From assembly GCA_964354105.1 (NCBI GenBank), contig CAYGXM010000001.1, forward strand, positions 85,392 through 149,391: a DNA stretch of 64,000 nt, written 5' to 3'. Below the pieces are notes generated by a model that saw only the letters and a program-made list of their open reading frames with translations, did not search any database and was not told the origin of the DNA. The translations under genes and the position numbers were made by a program. Positions 51,121 to 58,037 of the stretch are shown here, in pieces; within the stretch, counting starts at the first letter, position 1, and every line of letters begins with the position of its first letter. The DNA comes from Candidatus Woesearchaeota archaeon. GTDB lineage: Archaea; Nanobdellota; Nanobdellia; UBA10117.

Positions 51121-54100
51121 ATGAAAAAGGAGTTCAATCAGGCCTCACGAAGCCTGTTTTCAGCGCAATGTCCTGTAACTGAATGCAAAGAAGGCAAGCC
51201 CTCTAACAAATATTTAGAACTAAAAATTTATGATTCATATTTCAATCTGCTGGATAATTTTGCAGAATTTAAAACACAGTTTGATGCCATTAGCAAGCAA
51301 GGACACAGGGTTTGGCACAGCGAATTTGAAATAAATGACGTGAAATACACAATTAAAGCGCTGGATAACCAAATACTGCATACTTTTAGCGATGAAAATG
51401 GCGATTTCTCAACAGTTTTTTTGCCTGAAGGCTATGTTAAAATTGAAACTGCGGATAATGTTGAGTGGAAGTCTTTCGCAGAACTCCATAAAGAATTAAG
51501 GCAAGATGAAAAATTGCTAAACAAATTTGATGAAGCATTTGTAAAAGCAGAAAAAACTGAAATTACAGATGAATATTTTTCAGATTTAAGAATAATTTTT
51601 GCCAATTCACTATCACCTATGCACGCATTAGCAAAAGATGAAGTTTCATTTAACAAAATGCTCGGTTTGATTGGAACTTACCGTCCAGAAATTATCGATT
51701 TTGTATTCGAAACTTACAATTCTCCAAAAGGCCTATCTCAGATATTAGAGCATCAAGCAGATATCTCGTTGAAAGAGCTTCGGGCAACAAGGCCAGCAGC
51801 TCTAGAAGATGTTTTGGAAGCTGGAATGCTGCAGAAATTTGCATTGGCAGTTAAAAGAGGAATGACAACATTACCAGGTATGCTAGTTGCAACAGCGGGG
51901 GTTGCTGTTGCTGCAGACCATAATGCAGGCCATGATGCAGATTCAAAGGATAATAATATTGAAAGTAACAAAGATATTTCACAAAAACCAAATCCATTTT
52001 CTATTGATAATGGCTGGGAAAAGATTAACACGTCAAATGATATAATAAAGTCTTTATGGGGCCACCATTATGGATTAGCGCATATTTCAAAACACGATGA
52101 AATTCTTTTACTGCAGTACCATCACGCAACAAATGGTTTTTTCCAGACTTGGGTTTACCACTTAAATAATGACACCTGGGAAAACAAAACAAGCAGCATT
52201 CAGCCACCAGAGCCAAAAGAGCCTATTATTGCTCCTGCAAATATAATGCTGGCATATGATTCAAAAAATGACAAAGTTGTCTATGCAGAATATCCGTCTG
52301 CATGGGTAAACCAGGGAAAATTTGAGACATGGGTTTATGATGTAAAGACCAATATCTGGACTAACAAAACTACGGGCGACGAGCCTTCCGCCGCATTTGA
52401 AGGCACAAGAATATCTTATGATGAAGAAAGCGGCAAGATAGTAGCCTTCCCTTGCCCAAGTAATAAACCTCCATCCACATGTGATTATACATATACGTAT
52501 GATGCGGCAAGCAATAAATGGGAAAGCAAGGACACTTCCTTGAAACCAGCAAGCTACTATGCAGATTTCGAACTTTTTTATGTGGCTAAGGAAGGCAAAG
52601 TAAGCTGCATCAGCGACAAGGGCAGGTGGTCTTATGATGCAGCAAATGGCAATTGGGAAAACAAATCAGGAGAGCCGCAATACGTACCTGAGAGTTTTAT
52701 ATTTCCATCTTCTGTTTCCCCACCTGAATTTGCATATGATGCGCAAAGCAACAAATTAATCATGTTGGCGCATGGCTTTGAGACGTGGCTTTATGATCTG
52801 GATAAAAATAACTGGTCTGATGCAAAGCCTTTAGCAAACATACCTTATGGCGAGCTTGGCCACTATAAACTAATATACGATGCAAAAAGTGACAGGGTTA
52901 TCAGCACATTGATATTTGATGAATATACAAACCCCTCAAATTTCTGTCCGTTTGAAGTCTGGCAGTATTACTTCAGCACGCCTGCGCAATCACAGACATA
53001 TCCTACATTCATAATTCCTGACAAAGAAATTTTAATGCAGGGAACTCCGCAGCAAACAAATTATCCTGCAGCAGGCGATGACAACAATGTTGCAAACAAT
53101 CATGCTAATGGCCTTTTAGACCAGCAGCAATTCACTGCTGGCGGAAAGCCGATTGTGCTTTATAATGAAATTACAGGCTCAGATGGCTATCTTTACAAAC
53201 AATACATCCTGTATGAAACAGACAATCCTGTTTATGTTTTGATGCCCGGCTTCAAGGACCATCATGCGCAGGATATTGAAGCAGTTATAGACAAATGCAC
53301 ATTAGAAGGCAAAGTTTTGGAAAGAGCGACTTCCTATCATATAAAATACGGCGGCGGACAGTTTGAAAGGGGATGGAAATTTACAAATGATGCAACCAAG
53401 CCGGTTTACATAGAGCTGGCAGGCCATGCGATGTCCGCAAACAACAAGGATTTTTCCAACCCATTTGACATAGTTGTAAAAGATCCTGCAAATAATGAAG
53501 ACCTGCATCCTGCATTTTATCATAAAAATGGAAGGACGTTGACCCCAGAGAATTATGTCCTTATGCAATTGAGCAAGGTAGTTGACAACAGCCAGATAGA
53601 CGCTTATGACAGGTATAAAACAGAAGGATATCCTGAAGCTGCGCCTATTAAATTCGGAGACGCATCAAAAGTTCCGTGGAAATCAACAGCTTTTGTAAGC
53701 CCGTGGATAATTTTTAATGAAAAGGACAAGAGCGAGGCAAAAAGCTGGCAGAACCTGATTGAAGGAAATAACATAGAAGTCAGATTAGTTGCCGAAGGTT
53801 CAAGGCTGGTATTGGGAGAGGAAAATGGAGAAAAGAAAGCAGACCTCCCAGGCACATATGTGGCAGAGGGAAACAAGACCTTCCTAGCCGCTGACTTTTC
53901 TTCATACGATAATGTGCAGCTTGAGATTTGCGCAAAAGGAGACACACACTACAAAGATACAATGTATTTGACAAAAAATGTGAATGGCCAGAGTGTTGTT
54001 GAAGAAAAAATTATTGAAAAAGACATAAAGAAAGGCGAAACACAAATTGTAAAGCTAAATCCAGATACACTGCAGCCAACTATAACGCCAGGTAATGGAA

Positions 54101-54279
54101 ACAATACAAATAATCCGCAAGGCTCAAACAATTCAATTACATGGACTTACATTGCTGCAGGAACTGCAGGAATTGCAGCTGCAATCGGCATAGGCTACGT
54201 CATATACAGGAAGAGAAACCCGCCAAAAAGACCACAGCCTGCTGAATTTTATATGCAGCAGCAACAATCGCAAGCTTAA
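51121..54279 (+). CDS. giant two-TM surface protein with Kelch-like beta-propeller repeats
   Basis: Repeats are FQTWVYHLNNDTWENKT, FETWVYDVKTNIWTNKT, YTYTYDAASNKWESKD, GRWSYDAANGNWENKS and FETWLYDLDKNNWSDAK. Internal hydrophobic segment TLPGMLVATAGVAVAA; C-terminal TM segment WTYIAAGTAGIAAAIGIGYVIY followed by RKRNPPKRP. Confidence 0.65.
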   Translation: MKKEFNQASRSLFSAQCPVTECKEGKPSNKYLELKIYDSYFNLLDNFAEFKTQFDAISKQGHRVWHSEFEINDVKYTIKALDNQILHTFSDENGDFSTVFLPEGYVKIETADNVEWKSFAELHKELRQDEKLLNKFDEAFVKAEKTEITDEYFSDLRIIFANSLSPMHALAKDEVSFNKMLGLIGTYRPEIIDFVFETYNSPKGLSQILEHQADISLKELRATRPAALEDVLEAGMLQKFALAVKRGMTTLPGMLVATAGVAVAADHNAGHDADSKDNNIESNKDISQKPNPFSIDNGWEKINTSNDIIKSLWGHHYGLAHISKHDEILLLQYHHATNGFFQTWVYHLNNDTWENKTSSIQPPEPKEPIIAPANIMLAYDSKNDKVVYAEYPSAWVNQGKFETWVYDVKTNIWTNKTTGDEPSAAFEGTRISYDEESGKIVAFPCPSNKPPSTCDYTYTYDAASNKWESKDTSLKPASYYADFELFYVAKEGKVSCISDKGRWSYDAANGNWENKSGEPQYVPESFIFPSSVSPPEFAYDAQSNKLIMLAHGFETWLYDLDKNNWSDAKPLANIPYGELGHYKLIYDAKSDRVISTLIFDEYTNPSNFCPFEVWQYYFSTPAQSQTYPTFIIPDKEILMQGTPQQTNYPAAGDDNNVANNHANGLLDQQQFTAGGKPIVLYNEITGSDGYLYKQYILYETDNPVYVLMPGFKDHHAQDIEAVIDKCTLEGKVLERATSYHIKYGGGQFERGWKFTNDATKPVYIELAGHAMSANNKDFSNPFDIVVKDPANNEDLHPAFYHKNGRTLTPENYVLMQLSKVVDNSQIDAYDRYKTEGYPEAAPIKFGDASKVPWKSTAFVSPWIIFNEKDKSEAKSWQNLIEGNNIEVRLVAEGSRLVLGEENGEKKADLPGTYVAEGNKTFLAADFSSYDNVQLEICAKGDTHYKDTMYLTKNVNGQSVVEEKIIEKDIKKGETQIVKLNPDTLQPTITPGNGNNTNNPQGSNNSITWTYIAAGTAGIAAAIGIGYVIYRKRNPPKRPQPAEFYMQQQQSQA

Positions 54280-54310
54280 ACCTTATATATCTCAAGCATT
54301 TTTCCTAGCA

Positions 54311-54490
54311 ATGGCCATTAAAGACAAAATCAACATGAGAGGAGATGCGCCCTGGTGGGCTTTTCTCGCGGCAGTTATCATAGCCATAGTTGTTGTAATA
54401 TTTTATCTTGTATTTTTCGGCAAAGTCAAAATAGGGGGAGAGGCCGCAACCACAGGCATCATAGACAAAATTGGCCAGATGTTCAAATGA
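54311..54490 (+). CDS. 59-aa single-TM protein, weak class III-like N-terminus; not in the supplied ORF track
   Basis: N-terminus MAIKDKINMRG|DAPWWAFLAAVIIAIVVVIFYLVFF, with a TATA-like sequence 29 nt upstream. Confidence 0.45.
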   Translation: MAIKDKINMRGDAPWWAFLAAVIIAIVVVIFYLVFFGKVKIGGEAATTGIIDKIGQMFK

Positions 54491-54639
54491 TTAAAGGCAA
54501 AAAAGGCGATATATGGTATGGCTACATAATTATGATAATACTTGGCATAATAGGAATTCTTTTTGTATTGTGGATTTTCAGAGGAAGCTTTAGCCCTCTG
54601 AGCAGCAAGCTACTAGCCTTGCTGAACCAGACAACCTAG
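54487..54639 (+). CDS. 50-aa single-TM protein, class III-like N-terminus
   Basis: N-terminus MIKGKKG|DIWYGYIIMIILGIIGILFVLWIF. ATGA overlap with the previous ORF. Confidence 0.45.
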   Translation: MIKGKKGDIWYGYIIMIILGIIGILFVLWIFRGSFSPLSSKLLALLNQTT

Positions 54640-54640
54640 T

Positions 54641-54711
54641 GTTAAATGTTAATGTCAGTAAATCATTATGTCGCATGCTGAATTAGAACTTAACACTTAG
54701 CCCTTTGCTCC
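54641..54711. repeat. intergenic repeat family 1, copy c (internally deleted)
   Basis: Sequence GTTAAATGTTAATG...TCATTATGTCGCATGCTGAATTAGAACTTAACACTTAGCCCTTTGCTC. Confidence 0.65.
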
Positions 54712-54760
54712 AACGTGCAGCGTCAGATTTATGTTCATCAGAACATTAGCGGACCATAGC

Positions 54761-54776
54761 GTCAGATTTATATATC
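54761..54776 (+). promoter_or_regulatory. TATA-like promoter of pilin-like gene 54805
   Basis: GTCAGATTTATATATC; GAGGT Shine-Dalgarno-like sequence at 54795..54799. Confidence 0.45.
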
Positions 54777-54804
54777 CGCATATGTTCAAACAGTATGAGG
54801 TAAT

Positions 54805-55191
54805 ATGGCCAATTCAAAAGGACAAGGTCTTCCATTAAGCTTCATTGTAATAGCAGCAATATCAGTGCTGGTGTTGATAATTATAATTGCAGTTACGTTA
54901 GGCCCTGGCGGAGGCCTGCTGAAGCAATTGATTGCACCTGCGCCAACAGAACTTGGAACAGTGCAGGTTGCCTGCAATTCTTTCTGCGAGAGGGCAAGAG
55001 TGACTGTACAGACTCAAGATCAATATAAGGATTCAGATTATTGCACAAAAACATATGCCATAGATATCGATAAGGACGGCAAGATCAATACTAATGCAAC
55101 TGCTATGCCAAAAGAAGTTGGCCTGCATTGTGTGGATGTAGGTATGCTTTGCACAGTTCAATCAGCAAACGGCACACTATTAACTTGCTAG
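54805..55191 (+). CDS. pilin-like protein (candidate major subunit), 6 Cys
   Basis: N-terminus MANSKG|QGLPLSFIVIAAISVLVLIIII. Own TATA-like element and a GAGGT Shine-Dalgarno-like sequence. Paralog of the next gene. Confidence 0.7.
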   Translation: MANSKGQGLPLSFIVIAAISVLVLIIIIAVTLGPGGGLLKQLIAPAPTELGTVQVACNSFCERARVTVQTQDQYKDSDYCTKTYAIDIDKDGKINTNATAMPKEVGLHCVDVGMLCTVQSANGTLLTC

Positions 55192-55199
55192 GCTACAGC

Positions 55200-55215
55200 A
55201 AAACTATAAAAATAA
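55200..55215 (+). promoter_or_regulatory. TATA-like promoter of pilin-like gene 55235
   Basis: AAAACTATAAAAATAA, 31 nt upstream of the ATG. Confidence 0.45.
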
Positions 55216-55234
55216 CCTTTCTTCTTTTATTCTC

Positions 55235-55633
55235 ATGGCTAAAGGAGGCATTGACAGAAAGGGCCAGGGTTTGCCAATTAATCTTATTGTTATAGCCATA
55301 ATTGGAGTCATTGTATTATTGCTTGTTGTTGCTTTTGCAACAGGCACGTTAGGAAAATTATTTGGCGGCACTAAAGAATTGAGTGAATCAGTAACGCCAG
55401 AGCAAGTTGCAACATTCAGGATAGGATGCAAGCAGGCCTGCTTTGGTGCCCAGCAATTAGCAGATACGCCAGGCGAATGGAAGAAATCAGATTACTGCAA
55501 CAGAACAATAGGCGGGCAGCGTTGCTGGGAAATCGGCGCAGAATGCAGCAAGAATACAACAATTGAAGGCGTAAAGTGGTACTTTAATGCAACAGGCAAT
55601 AATCCTGGAGTAAATATAGCGGGATGTCAATAA
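55235..55633 (+). CDS. pilin-like protein (candidate major subunit), 6 Cys
   Basis: N-terminus MAKGGIDRKG|QGLPINLIVIAIIGVIVLLLVV. Shares the Cx3C...SDYC pattern with 54805..55191. Own TATA-like element. Confidence 0.7.
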   Translation: MAKGGIDRKGQGLPINLIVIAIIGVIVLLLVVAFATGTLGKLFGGTKELSESVTPEQVATFRIGCKQACFGAQQLADTPGEWKKSDYCNRTIGGQRCWEIGAECSKNTTIEGVKWYFNATGNNPGVNIAGCQ

Positions 55634-55863
55634 TCAATAACAAAAAAGGCAGTGCTAAGACTTCGCTTAGCAGGTCTTTCTTACCTCGTGGAAAGAAAGG
55701 CATAGAACTTACAATGCAGGTAATTGTAGTTATAATTATTCTTCTTGCACTTTTGGTTTTCCTGCTCGTGTTCTTGACAGGGCAGGGCGGCAAGCTGACA
55801 ACTTTATGGGACAATTTAGTCGGAACAAGCATTAACCAGACAAATATGTCTACACTGCCATGA
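55624..55863 (+). CDS. short pilin-like protein
   Basis: N-terminal region ...LPRGKKG|IELTMQVIVVIIILLALLVFLLVF; 79 aa. Confidence 0.5.
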   Translation: MSIINNKKGSAKTSLSRSFLPRGKKGIELTMQVIVVIIILLALLVFLLVFLTGQGGKLTTLWDNLVGTSINQTNMSTLP

Positions 55864-56876
55864 CGCGCAAAGGTATTATAGGTGCCATTATACTCGGTCT
55901 CATTGTTTTAGCCATAGTTCTTATTTTCTTTGCGGGTACAGTAATGCCTTTCTTGCAGAAAGCACCTGAAACTGGGCAGAAAACACTTTACTCGCTGCAG
56001 GGAATAGAGCCAGAGCCTTATTATGATGTAATTATAGACAGCTCTAAGAGCTACAGAGGGCACTTGGAATTTTCAGTCTTGGACCCTGAAGCTGATAAAT
56101 ACGTGACAGATTTTCCATTTCCGTCAGCATTTGAAGGCTTTTCAGTTTCTGAAGACAACAACCCTAGAAGGGTGCAAAGCGTTTCTTTATACAGAAATTT
56201 GTATATTGCAACAGCTTTTGAGGGCAAGCTTGCATTCGGCGACTGCAATACATCTTATCTAGAGAAAATGAAAGGGATACCATTCAACAATACACACATA
56301 GGATTTTTCCCGGGAGAAGGCTTCACAGGAGTATGCTCAGATACAAAGCAGAATTATCTTCAGGCAGTAAAAGATGCAACATATGCATTGCCAGCAGGCG
56401 GCGACAACTATAATGCTCTTGTTATAATTGCAGACGGCGACTGCACAATAAGCCCAGACTGCGATAATGGTTCTGAAGAGTATGATGAGCTGATTGGAGA
56501 TGCAGCAAAAGGCCTCAACAGGCAGGATGTACAAACAGCATTGATATTCACGACTAATGTAGCAAACTGCGTAAAAGATGGATCACTTATTAATTTCACA
56601 AGGGGTGCATTAGGTATTTCTGCTGAACAAGTTATAGATGCAAACACAGGTGCGGCATATTATAAGTCACCAGACGGCAGGAGGAGATGCGAGGGAATCA
56701 GTGATTCGAGCTATGAAAACCTTGCAACCACACTTCTCCCTGATGTAGCTAAAATAAAATTAAATTACGTACCTTATGCAGGTGAAGACGGCGTGTCTCA
56801 CACGATTGCTGTGCGCGCAACAAAAAAGCCCTACATGGGTAGGAATGAAATTGAGATTATATATGGTGTTGCTTAA
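55860..56876 (+). CDS. pilin-like N-terminus + 310-aa Cys-containing ectodomain
   Basis: N-terminus MTRKG|IIGAIILGLIVLAIVLIFF. ATGA overlap with the upstream gene. Confidence 0.55.
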   Translation: MTRKGIIGAIILGLIVLAIVLIFFAGTVMPFLQKAPETGQKTLYSLQGIEPEPYYDVIIDSSKSYRGHLEFSVLDPEADKYVTDFPFPSAFEGFSVSEDNNPRRVQSVSLYRNLYIATAFEGKLAFGDCNTSYLEKMKGIPFNNTHIGFFPGEGFTGVCSDTKQNYLQAVKDATYALPAGGDNYNALVIIADGDCTISPDCDNGSEEYDELIGDAAKGLNRQDVQTALIFTTNVANCVKDGSLINFTRGALGISAEQVIDANTGAAYYKSPDGRRRCEGISDSSYENLATTLLPDVAKIKLNYVPYAGEDGVSHTIAVRATKKPYMGRNEIEIIYGVA

Positions 56877-57312
56877 GAAAGGACAGGAAGGACCTGGCTG
56901 GATAATTGTACTTGTCTTAATGATTCTTATTGTAGTAGCATTCTGGACTTTTTTGTCACAGCTGGCGGGGGGAGCTCCGCTGGAAAAGGCATTGAATGAC
57001 GTAAAAGAATCAATAGAGACTGTCTGCCAAAAACCTATATCTAATTACAAGCAGGGCTTTGCAGTCATACCTGAAGGAAACAAAATAGAACTGGAAAAAC
57101 TTGGTGGCGTCCTTAATTATATGAAGGATTCGAATGTACTTGCAAAGAAAACCCTTGAATGCCCTGAAAACACTGTTTTTTCAAACTGCGTAATAGGGCC
57201 GACTAAATCAGGATGGGAAGGTGTGGTTTTCGGCGTGAACAAAACAATAAACATAACAACTGGACAGGCAAAAATAACTTTAAATGGGACAAACGTTACT
57301 TGTAGTGGCTGA
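56863..57312 (+). CDS. pilin-like protein
   Basis: N-terminus MVLLKKG|QEGPGWIIVLVLMILIVVAFW. The internal ATG is preferred over the ORF-track start at 56776. Confidence 0.55.
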   Translation: MVLLKKGQEGPGWIIVLVLMILIVVAFWTFLSQLAGGAPLEKALNDVKESIETVCQKPISNYKQGFAVIPEGNKIELEKLGGVLNYMKDSNVLAKKTLECPENTVFSNCVIGPTKSGWEGVVFGVNKTINITTGQAKITLNGTNVTCSG

Positions 57313-57848
57313 TGGCAAAGAGCATTATTATAGGCATTATTTTTGCATTGATAATGATTGGTTTTATGCTTATTATTGCTAACACATTTATTGCACAGCC
57401 GCTTATGGGCGGTGCAGAAGTGCAGGCTGCAGAAAGCATAGCGACAACATTAAATTCAGCCTGCATGCAAAACAAAGGCTACGTAACTGAACTCGCTGTG
57501 TTTTTGCCTGATTTCAAGAAAGGAGGAGGGCGCACGGAATATTTTTACATTGCAGTAAGTGATTATAATTTATTGCTGCGCGAAAGGAACCAGGCTGAAG
57601 ATATTGTCACGTCATTTATAGATTTTGCAACACAGAGGCCTGGGGAGGAAACAGTTGCAACATATCCGCTTAAGGCATGCAAGGACAAGGGCGTGCAGGT
57701 TTGTATATTATCATTTGACGCCAAAGAGAAAAAATGCAATAATTTCCAGTTTGAGTCCAATGAAGGTATGGAAATGATGACATTTACAGTAAACAGGACA
57801 TACGCCAAAGAAGTTGTCATGAATTATACGCGAGCTGCAAAAAGCTAA
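57312..57848 (+). CDS. N-terminally anchored protein (weak pilin-like)
   Basis: N-terminus MAKSIIIGIIFALIMIGFMLII; 178 aa. Confidence 0.5.
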   Translation: MAKSIIIGIIFALIMIGFMLIIANTFIAQPLMGGAEVQAAESIATTLNSACMQNKGYVTELAVFLPDFKKGGGRTEYFYIAVSDYNLLLRERNQAEDIVTSFIDFATQRPGEETVATYPLKACKDKGVQVCILSFDAKEKKCNNFQFESNEGMEMMTFTVNRTYAKEVVMNYTRAAKS

Positions 57849-57866
57849 AGAAAAGTGTTGGGAAGG

Positions 57867-57966
57867 TCTTAATGTTAATGACCGCTAGAACTTAATGCAT
57901 ATTAGCCAGCAAACTTTTCATTATGTCATGTGCTGAATTAGACCTTAACGATTAACCCTTTGCTCA
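57867..57966. repeat. intergenic repeat family 1, copy b (full length)
   Basis: The 5' half matches 41244..41335. The 3' half (TCATTATGTCATGTGCTGAATTAGACCTTAACGATTAACCCTTTGCTC) matches 54661..54711. Confidence 0.7.
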
Positions 57967-58037
57967 GATATATAAGAAATCAAATTTAATTAAACCCAAG
58001 TTATTTAAATCAAGATTTAGACTTAAAGCTGGCCACA

